NCBI GenBank assembly: GCA_963674945.2
Contig: CAXXWQ010000002.1
Coordinates: 480,001-544,000, forward strand
Direction of reading: 5' to 3'
Length of the DNA stretch: 64,000 bases
Source of the DNA: an uncultured Desulfosarcina sp.
Lineage (GTDB): Bacteria > Desulfobacterota > Desulfobacteria > Desulfobacterales > Desulfosarcinaceae
In this document: piece by piece, positions 50,229-58,085 of the stretch
Numbering within the stretch: position 1 is the stretch's first letter
Layout: each line of letters starts with the position of its first letter
The notes under the pieces: generated by a model
Database searches by the model: none
Seen by the model: the letters and a program-made list of their open reading frames with translations, nothing else
Told to the model about the DNA's origin: nothing
Translations under genes and position numbers: made by a program

Positions 50229-50984
50229 ATGAAACTGGCAGTCAGCGGTAAAGGCGGCGTGGGTAAGACGACATTTTCCTCAATGTTGGCACGTTCCCTC
50301 AGCGATCAGGGCAAGAAGGTGCTGGCCATCGATGCGGATCCGGATGCCAACCTCGCCGCGGCCCTGGGCATCGCCGATGCCGAAAAAATCATCCCCATCG
50401 CCGAAATGAAAGAGATGATCTTCGAGCGAACCGGCGCCAAGCCCGGCACCATCGGTGGGTTTTTCAAACTCAACCCCAAGGTGGACGATATCCCCGATAC
50501 CCTTTCCGTTCGGTTGGACAACATCAAGCTCATGCGCCTCGGCAGCGTGAAGAAGGGCGGGGCCGGTTGTCTTTGCCCGGAATCCACATTGCTCAAGGCG
50601 CTGGTGACCCATGTGGTCTTGGGGCGCGACGAAGTGGTGATCATGGACATGGAAGCCGGTATCGAGCACCTGGGGCGCGCCACGGCCCAGGCGGTGGATA
50701 AACTGATCGTCGTGGTGGAGCCGGGGCGCCGCAGTATCGACACGGCCGAGCACATTCGCCGCCTGGCTTCGGAAATTCATCTCAGGCAGATCGCCATCGT
50801 GGGGAACAAAATCAGAGGCCCCAAGGACGAGGCGTTTTTGCGAACCCACCTGCCCGACTTCGAGTTTCTGGGCTTCATGCCCTATGACGAGCTTCTCATT
50901 GAAGCGGATCTTTCCGGTGTCTCTCCCTATGAGAGCGCGACCGAAGCCAGGAAGGTCATCGCCGGCATCATCGAAAAATTATAA
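50229..50984 (+). CDS. cooC: CooC/AcsF-type nickel-insertion ATPase
   Basis: GKGGVGKT, IDADPDANL, GAGCLCPE (CxC), DMEAGIEHLGR, GNK. Confidence 0.9.
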   Translation: MKLAVSGKGGVGKTTFSSMLARSLSDQGKKVLAIDADPDANLAAALGIADAEKIIPIAEMKEMIFERTGAKPGTIGGFFKLNPKVDDIPDTLSVRLDNIKLMRLGSVKKGGAGCLCPESTLLKALVTHVVLGRDEVVIMDMEAGIEHLGRATAQAVDKLIVVVEPGRRSIDTAEHIRRLASEIHLRQIAIVGNKIRGPKDEAFLRTHLPDFEFLGFMPYDELLIEADLSGVSPYESATEARKVIAGIIEKL

Positions 50985-50994
50985 CACCCCTGCC

Positions 50995-53145
50995 ATGAAG
51001 AGATCCGCAAACAGCAGCACCGGCCATCGCCGCCGATACCCACCGAGGCGCAGACCCGGTGAAAAAAGCGGCCATGACCGGGCAGACATCTCTCCCGGCG
51101 CACATCCTCATCTCAAGGCCGTCTTTTCGGGTATCGGTGTCCCCAAAAACAGGCCCTTTGCCCCGGATCGGTTCCAGGTCGAGGCCGTGACCGCAATGAC
51201 GGCGTCCGACTGCCTGGTGACCGCCCCCACCGGCGCCGGTAAGACATGGATTGCCGTGCAGACCATTCGCAGGACCTTTGAAAACGGCGGACGGTCATGG
51301 TACGCCTCTCCCCTCAAGGCCCTCACCAATGCCAAGCTCATGGAATTTTCGGCCATCTTCGGACCGGAGAATGTGGGCATCCTCACCGGTGATCGCAAGG
51401 AGCGGCCGGATGCGCCCGTCATCGTGGGGACCACCGAGATACTGAGAAATCAGCTTTACGACGCCATGCACCAGGGTGTCTTCTTGAACACCGATCTCGT
51501 GGTGCTGGACGAAGCCCATTTTTTGGGCGACGAGGATCGCGGCGTGGTGTGGGAAGAGACAATGATCTACCTGCCGTCACGCATTCCGTTGCTTCTTCTT
51601 TCGGCAACGGTGGGAAACGCCGGGGAAATTGCCCGCTGGCTGACAACGATCCGGGCTCGCCCATGCCAGGTGGTGGTCGAGACCAGCAGACCGGTACCCC
51701 TCTATCCGTTGGTGTTTCATCCGTCGGGAACGTTGCTTCCCCTCATGGCCAAAGGGGGAAAGGGCGCCAAGACGCTCCATAAAAAGGTTGCGGAGATGAT
51801 CGGGAAAAAGAATGATGCAACCTTGCCCGGACGGCGGGGCCTTCCTCCCTTCGGTGATATCCTCCGGGTACTCAAGTCATTCGATCTTTTGCCGGCCATC
51901 TTCTTTTTGAAGAGCCGCAGCGATTGCGACAACGCCCTGAAGCTGAGCCACGGCGCCGTTCCTCTTTCCGACGACCGGAAGGCACGGATCTTTTATCGGG
52001 TGCGGCAGCTTACCGAAAACTCCGAGCACCTCGCCCGGCACCGCCATCGCATTCACCTGGAACAGGCCGGTGTCGGCGCCCACCACAGCGGCCATCTGCC
52101 CGGATGGAAGTTGGTGGTGGAAAACTTGATGAGCGAGGGGTTGCTCAGCGCCGTATTTGCCACTTCCACGGTTGCCGCGGGGGTCAACTTCCCGGCCCGT
52201 ACGGTGGTTTTTTTTAATTCAGACCGGTTCAACGGCGCAGAGTTCGTTCCCCTGGACGCCACACAACTACACCAAATGACCGGCCGTGCCGGCCGTCGGG
52301 GAAAGGACAAGATCGGTTTCGCCCTGGCCGTTCCCGGTCGCTACATGGATCTGCGCCTGGTGGCCCGTCTTCTCTCCTCCCGGCCGGAAAACATCCACAG
52401 CCGTATCCGTATCAATTTTTCCATGGTCCTGAACCTCCTTTTATCCCATTCGCCCCCGCAGGTGGAAGAACTTCTCAAGCGTTCCTTCGCCACCTGGCTC
52501 CTCGTCGCCCAGTTCGAGGACAGCCGTCGAAAAAGCAGGATGGCAGGCGTTCACGAAGTACTCTGGGAAGACTTTCTCCACCATCTGGATTTTCTCAAGG
52601 AGACCGGTTTCGTGGACGATGAAGACCGGCTCACCGAAGACGGCATCTGGGCATCCCAGCTTCGGGTGGACCAGCCGATTCTCGTGGCCGAATGCCTTCG
52701 AAAGGGGCTCTTGCCCGACACGGATCCGGCGCAGATGGCCGGTGTATTTGCATGTTTCGTCAATGAAAAAGAAACCGATGATCGCATGGAGGGACGATTG
52801 GTGCCAAACCGGCTGAAAAAGACGGTCGGCCGTATCCAGAAAAAGTTGTCCGGCTTTTCCCGTCACATGAAATCCAGAGGGTTCGAGGTTCGTCCGTTTT
52901 ACCTGCGGCCTGCGGCGATGACCCATGCCTGGGCCGCCGGCGTCCCCTGGGAGGTGATCACCAGGGATTATGGCATGGCCGAGGGGAATCTGGCCATGCT
53001 GATGATGCGTACCGCCGACAATCTCCGCCACACGGCAAACCTCGTGGACGTCTTTCCCGATGCGGCCGCCACGGCCCGCCAGGCCATCGATCTGATCATG
53101 CGTCCACCGGTGGTGGAAGAAGATCGTCTTGACGAGCCCGATTGA
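50995..53145 (+). CDS. Ski2/HelY-like DExH RNA helicase
   Basis: APTGAGKT, SPLKALTN, TTEILRN, DEAH, LSAT, HHSG, QMTGRAGRRG; start moved to MKRSA to avoid overlap with cooC. Confidence 0.9.
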   Translation: MKRSANSSTGHRRRYPPRRRPGEKSGHDRADISPGAHPHLKAVFSGIGVPKNRPFAPDRFQVEAVTAMTASDCLVTAPTGAGKTWIAVQTIRRTFENGGRSWYASPLKALTNAKLMEFSAIFGPENVGILTGDRKERPDAPVIVGTTEILRNQLYDAMHQGVFLNTDLVVLDEAHFLGDEDRGVVWEETMIYLPSRIPLLLLSATVGNAGEIARWLTTIRARPCQVVVETSRPVPLYPLVFHPSGTLLPLMAKGGKGAKTLHKKVAEMIGKKNDATLPGRRGLPPFGDILRVLKSFDLLPAIFFLKSRSDCDNALKLSHGAVPLSDDRKARIFYRVRQLTENSEHLARHRHRIHLEQAGVGAHHSGHLPGWKLVVENLMSEGLLSAVFATSTVAAGVNFPARTVVFFNSDRFNGAEFVPLDATQLHQMTGRAGRRGKDKIGFALAVPGRYMDLRLVARLLSSRPENIHSRIRINFSMVLNLLLSHSPPQVEELLKRSFATWLLVAQFEDSRRKSRMAGVHEVLWEDFLHHLDFLKETGFVDDEDRLTEDGIWASQLRVDQPILVAECLRKGLLPDTDPAQMAGVFACFVNEKETDDRMEGRLVPNRLKKTVGRIQKKLSGFSRHMKSRGFEVRPFYLRPAAMTHAWAAGVPWEVITRDYGMAEGNLAMLMMRTADNLRHTANLVDVFPDAAATARQAIDLIMRPPVVEEDRLDEPD

Positions 53146-53274
53146 AACGGCTGGATCCAGACCCCATAGCAAGGCGGAAAACGACGGGAAAGCGGCGCAT
53201 GTGTGATTACATGTGCGTATTCTGCGTCGTTTTCCAACGCCGTTAGGGGAATGACGGGTTTTTCAACCGGGCTC
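53134..53274. repeat. palindromic element, type F (same inner architecture as types A, C, D)
   Basis: TIR GAGCCCGATTGAAA / TTTCAACCGGGCTC; inner CAAGGC-GGAAAACGACG ... CGTCGTTTTCC-AACGCCG; fills the gap between convergent genes. Confidence 0.75.
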
Positions 53275-54124
53275 AAAGGGAACTGAACAGTCGCTTGGCC
53301 ATATTCAGGTTCGCCTGAAACATGGACATCAACTCTTTCATGTCCTGTTCCGAAATGCCGAAACGGTCGAAGATTTCATCGTACATGCGATAGGCCAGGC
53401 AATCGACACCGATATGTACACATGCCATGCGAGACACCGTGTCCGTGGTATAGATGATTGCGGCATCGAGGTGCTCTTTGGCTACTGCGTTTCCCAGGTG
53501 ATGGTTTTCGATGAGAAAAACCATTTTGGGACTGAAAAGCCATTTTTTTGCGATTAATCCTCCCAAACAGGCATGGTCGATACCGAGAACCTGTTTTTCC
53601 GCCTCGTCGAAGCTGCATCCCTTTTTTTCCACGAGGGCGGTGATCTTCGATCGAGCCCTTCCCACATAACCTTCGATGACCACCTTGCCGATATCCTTTA
53701 ACAGCGCAGCGGTGTAGATGAGGTATTTGTCCGTATTGGGGCAATTGGCTTCTGCAAAGGACTTGGCCAGCATTGCCGAAGCCATGCTGTAGGTCCACAG
53801 ATCGCCTGCTTTCAGGTCGTATCCCTTTTGTGCACTGGACATACTCTTGCCGAAACTGCCGATCAACGCCAGCTCCACGACCCGGTCTATTCCCAACAGG
53901 TTCACGGCATGGTTGACAGAATCCACATGCACGGCAAGGCTATAGAACGCACTGTTGCACAGCTTCAATACGTTTGCCGTCAATATCGTATCGCATTCGA
54001 CCATTTCGGCCAGATCCGTGATGGATCCGTTGGGATCGTTTGCCATTTCCATAATCCGGTGGGTCACCTTGGATATTGGGGTCAGGTTATCAATATCTTT
54101 TAAGATTTGATCAATCTTTTTCAT
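53273..54124 (-). CDS. HDOD domain protein
   Basis: DTILTANVLKLCNSAFY, AVNLLG, LWTYS, AALLKDIGK, EKQVLGIDHACLG, IENHH. Confidence 0.9.
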   Translation of the reverse strand: MKKIDQILKDIDNLTPISKVTHRIMEMANDPNGSITDLAEMVECDTILTANVLKLCNSAFYSLAVHVDSVNHAVNLLGIDRVVELALIGSFGKSMSSAQKGYDLKAGDLWTYSMASAMLAKSFAEANCPNTDKYLIYTAALLKDIGKVVIEGYVGRARSKITALVEKKGCSFDEAEKQVLGIDHACLGGLIAKKWLFSPKMVFLIENHHLGNAVAKEHLDAAIIYTTDTVSRMACVHIGVDCLAYRMYDEIFDRFGISEQDMKELMSMFQANLNMAKRLFSSL

Positions 54125-54566
54125 CACCAAAAGATCTCCGTTTGTTCAGAGGAACGCAAAACCAAAAAAATCAAAAAGTAACAAGCAAAAAAAATACCAC
54201 ATCCCATGACAATGGGCCAAAGAATGATCCACATTGTCCTGTTTATCCAGGAAATGGTAGCTTCTTTACCTCATTCAATCATGAAAGCGTTTCCGTTTTC
54301 ACGTGCCGCAGGTCGGTATACTTTTATGTCAAACAAGATGCGAATCCTTCGCAACTGTTACAATAATCACAAATCCAATGGTAAACCGCCGCCGACACCA
54401 GATCCGTCGGTATGAAATGCGAATTTCTTATAAAAGGAGGCACTGTCATGCATAGGATAAAACACTTGCTATCTGTCACGGGTTTTGAAAAAACTCTTTT
54501 CATGCACTGCCTGTAAACGCAGGTCCCGATCTTTCAAGTTGTTGTAAGGCGCGATAGGAGGTTGCT

Positions 54567-56327
54567 GTGGTTGAGAGGATTCGTTTTGCCAGGTTGTTTC
54601 ACCGTCTTTGGATTTGTTGCTTCATGTGTCTGTTTACACCGCTTGTGTGCTATTCAGCGCCCCCCACCGTGGTCTCCGTTACCCCGGCGGATGAAACCGC
54701 AGGAATCTCTGTGAACACATCGATCACAATGCAGTTCGATCGGGAGATGGACACTGCCACCATTGAAATTGAACTGGAAAGCTCTTTCGGAGAGGATATT
54801 TCGGGAACCATGCGCTTTGCGAGCACTGTTTATCCCAATGATACCGCCATATTCACTCCAAATCAGGCGTTGGATACCAGTTTGGGATTTCATGTGCGTG
54901 TGGAGGATGCCCAGGACACATCGGGAAATGTTCTCCTGGGCCATGGCAATGCTTTTGAAACTGTGTTTTTTACGGAAGGCGCACCAGGGGACACTTCCCG
55001 CCCGAAGGTGATCAGCACCTATCCGTTCGACGGGCAAAAAGGGTGGGATTGGAATCGAATCCTGATTGTAATGGATAAGCCCCTAGACCCCTCAACCGTA
55101 AATCCTTCAACCTTGTCACTCACGGGGCCTGGAGACACGGGGTATTCCATCGAATACAATAGTGAGATGATTCAACTCATCGCCATCCGTGCCGATAACA
55201 CGTTAACGCCCGACTCTTCTTACACCGTGACAATGACAACGGGCTTGACCGATGCCCAAGGGCATTCGCTCTCCTCAAATTATGCCTTTACGTTCAATAC
55301 GGGGGAGATGGACACAACGCCGCCTTTCGTCGATCAGACCAAACCGGAAAATAATGCGACGAATCATGGTGTCTTTCACGAGGTCAGTGTTTACTTCTCG
55401 GAAAACATGGATCATTCGACAATTACCAGCAGCAGGATAATCGTCCATGATGAAACCGCCGGAGAGAATCAAGACATATACATGGATGATGTAAGCTGCG
55501 ACGGCAGCCGGACACACGTCAACCTCGTCCCGGCCAACCAGTACAACACATGGACCATTGGACATACCTACCGGGTTACCATCGATTCTGCCATTTCCGA
55601 TGCGGCGGGCAACGCCATGGGAGGCGACTACACCTTCCATTTCACCGTAGCGGATTTCGGTAACGAAGCCCCGGATATTTTTCTGCATGATATTATTGGG
55701 ATAACGCGAAGCGACGGCACAACGGCCATAGCGCTTGATGTGGAGTGCGATGATAACAATACAGTCGTCGTGCAGGATCTCACTCAATCCGGCAAACAAT
55801 GGAATCTGACAAGTGACGGTGACGACGAATATACCTATGAAACGCCTGATGGATTCGATGAAGGCCTGCAACCGGGCTATCACAACATTCTCGTCAAGGC
55901 CACCAACAACAGCAACGGTCTAAGCAGGAATTTGAATTGGCAGCTATACGTTTTCAATGCCTCTCCAACGTTAATCGCTCCTGCAAATGGAACAACCGTG
56001 ACCAAAAGCACACCCACGTTGCGATTTTCCACCGCAGGTATCAACGATGCCGCTTTTTACATGGCAACACTTTATGACGTTTCAGCAGACAAAGCGGTTT
56101 TCACGACCGCATTGTTTGAAACAGGGCAGACCGGCTACACCCTGACCATTCCGAAATCACGAGCCCTTGAAACCGAAACGCATTACGCGTGGCAGGTCAG
56201 AGGTTGTGATAATCATTATTGGCATATGGGCGAAGCCAGAAGTGGCATCTATGGGTTCGTGACGCCTGACAGCTTCAGGTTTTCGATCATTGCCCCAATA
56301 TTGGGGCTGCTGCTCGATGATGAATAA
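54567..56327 (+). CDS. secreted protein with three Ig-like (SbsA/Big_5-type) repeats
   Basis: Signal-peptide-like N-terminus; repeats PPTVVSVTPAD, RPKVISTYPFD, PPFVDQTKPEN each followed by FDREMD / MDKPLD / FSENMD; hydrophobic C-terminal tail. Confidence 0.85.
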   Translation: MVERIRFARLFHRLWICCFMCLFTPLVCYSAPPTVVSVTPADETAGISVNTSITMQFDREMDTATIEIELESSFGEDISGTMRFASTVYPNDTAIFTPNQALDTSLGFHVRVEDAQDTSGNVLLGHGNAFETVFFTEGAPGDTSRPKVISTYPFDGQKGWDWNRILIVMDKPLDPSTVNPSTLSLTGPGDTGYSIEYNSEMIQLIAIRADNTLTPDSSYTVTMTTGLTDAQGHSLSSNYAFTFNTGEMDTTPPFVDQTKPENNATNHGVFHEVSVYFSENMDHSTITSSRIIVHDETAGENQDIYMDDVSCDGSRTHVNLVPANQYNTWTIGHTYRVTIDSAISDAAGNAMGGDYTFHFTVADFGNEAPDIFLHDIIGITRSDGTTAIALDVECDDNNTVVVQDLTQSGKQWNLTSDGDDEYTYETPDGFDEGLQPGYHNILVKATNNSNGLSRNLNWQLYVFNASPTLIAPANGTTVTKSTPTLRFSTAGINDAAFYMATLYDVSADKAVFTTALFETGQTGYTLTIPKSRALETETHYAWQVRGCDNHYWHMGEARSGIYGFVTPDSFRFSIIAPILGLLLDDE

Positions 56328-56366
56328 GGATGGGTGTTGGACCGTTACCTGAATTGCATTACCTGA

Positions 56367-57071
56367 TTGCATCCAAACACAGTTGAACTGGCCGGTGACA
56401 TTACCGTCATCGACGATCGAATCGCGGATGCGCTGCTCACCATACTCAAGCGCAAAGACCTTTCCGGAAAGCTTCGCGCGAGGGCCGCCATTACCATGGG
56501 GCCCGTACTGGAATATGTTGACATGGACGGATTCGACGATCCGGAGGACGTGAGCATTTCAAAGGAGATGTTTCACAAGATCCAAAATACCTTTCATACC
56601 CTTTATCAGGATCTGACGGTTCCCAAATACGTGCGACGACGGGTGCTGGAAGCGTCGGTTCGCGCACCCCAAAATTGGCACCACGAGGCGATCCGGTGGG
56701 CCTTTTCCAGCAATGATCCCGATTGGCGACTGACGGCGGTTTTTTCCATGCGATGGGTCCGCGGTTTCAACGACCAGATACTCCAAGCCCTTGAGAGCGA
56801 TGACCCGGACATTTACTACCAGGGCGTTTGCGCCGCGGGCAACTGGACATTGGATGGGGCGTGGTCACACGTATCAAAACTCGTCAAAGGGCGCGTTTCC
56901 GACAAAAGGCTTCTTCTGGCCGCCATTGAAGCCATCGCCAACATTCGTCCGCGAGAGGCGGCCATGCTGCTGCTGGATCTGACCGATGACGAGGACGACG
57001 ATATCGTCGAAGCGGCCCATGAGGCCCTGGTGATTGCCGAGGGGTTTGTGGATTTTGACGAGGATGTCTAA
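56367..57071 (+). CDS. HEAT-repeat-like helical protein, start uncertain or 5'-truncated
   Basis: Repeated helical units (LRARAAITMG, VRRRVLEA, WRLTAVFSM, IVEAAHEAL); only a TTG start without RBS. Confidence 0.65.
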   Translation: MHPNTVELAGDITVIDDRIADALLTILKRKDLSGKLRARAAITMGPVLEYVDMDGFDDPEDVSISKEMFHKIQNTFHTLYQDLTVPKYVRRRVLEASVRAPQNWHHEAIRWAFSSNDPDWRLTAVFSMRWVRGFNDQILQALESDDPDIYYQGVCAAGNWTLDGAWSHVSKLVKGRVSDKRLLLAAIEAIANIRPREAAMLLLDLTDDEDDDIVEAAHEALVIAEGFVDFDEDV

Positions 57072-57074
57072 TTT

Positions 57075-57215
57075 TGCCCATCCAGAAACGGCATCTCATG
57101 CCCCATGCCGGCGTTCTCGCTCCGCCGAAATCCTCAACGTAGCCCTGCTACGCCTCCGGTTTCAACGTCGCTGCGGCCTTGGCCTGGGCCATGATCTACC
57201 ATTTCTGGATGGACA
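57075..57215. repeat. dispersed palindromic element, type D core with type C ends
   Basis: TIR TGCCCATCCAGAAACGG / CCATTTCTGGATGGACA; core TCCTCAACGTAGCCCTGCTACGCCT. Confidence 0.85.
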
Positions 57216-57306
57216 CTGACTCGTTTCTATCAAAAAAAAAGATTTTTATCCAAAGCCACAGATTTAATCGGGGGATGGCATCCGATATCTGCATTTTATC
57301 GTTCGC

Positions 57307-57873
57307 TCAATAGTATAGCGTCGCTTTTTCGCGATCCACCACGATTCGTTTTATTCCTTTGGGTAGTTCATACCAGTCCTTCGTCGTGCCCCAATTCTCT
57401 TTGTACATCAGTGCGGCGGTATGCAAGACGAGATCCAGCACCTGGGGCTCGACATTCTGGCCGTTCAACGTCAGAGAGACGAGATCGAGCCGTGCCGAGC
57501 CCTCACGGGTATGAAAGATTCCCTCGAATCCGAAATCGAGTTTTTTGCCGAGCAGTGTATCCAGAGTAAGCACTTTCGCATCGAATCCGACGTTTCCATG
57601 CACGTGGTTGTTGTCCAGCAGATTCACCCGCAGGCTGCTGATCATCGGTTTCTCTTCCTGTTTCAGGCGGTAGGCGATGTATGCGTTCAGTTCCTTTTCC
57701 GTCACTTCCGCGGATCGTGTCGCATCCTCCGATCGGGACGTTTGCCGCTCGATGGTCCTGAGGATGTGACCCACCTTCAGTGCATCCTTGGTATGTTCGT
57801 CGATATTACCGATCAGAGCCGCGGCTGAAATCAGTAAAAAAATCCATCCGCAGCCCTTGCAAACGGTTTTCAT
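57307..57873 (-). CDS. hypothetical exported or membrane-anchored protein
   Basis: N-terminal hydrophobic segment WIFLLISAAALI; VTEKELNAYI motif; no family recognised. Confidence 0.7.
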   Translation of the reverse strand: MKTVCKGCGWIFLLISAAALIGNIDEHTKDALKVGHILRTIERQTSRSEDATRSAEVTEKELNAYIAYRLKQEEKPMISSLRVNLLDNNHVHGNVGFDAKVLTLDTLLGKKLDFGFEGIFHTREGSARLDLVSLTLNGQNVEPQVLDLVLHTAALMYKENWGTTKDWYELPKGIKRIVVDREKATLYY

Positions 57874-58085
57874 ATCCCTTCACCCTTGGACGATGTTACG
57901 TGTTTGGAAAAAATCCTCGGCCCGATTCGCGGAAAAAACGCTTTCGAGTCACGATCCAATCATACTCCAATGGTGCAAAGGGTTCAAGGACGATAGGAAG
58001 GGGAAAAAGGGTTGAATTCAGGTGCACAGGTGGTAGAAAGGGCACCATATTGTTACAGATACAGCCGAATCATCCATAATAACCG

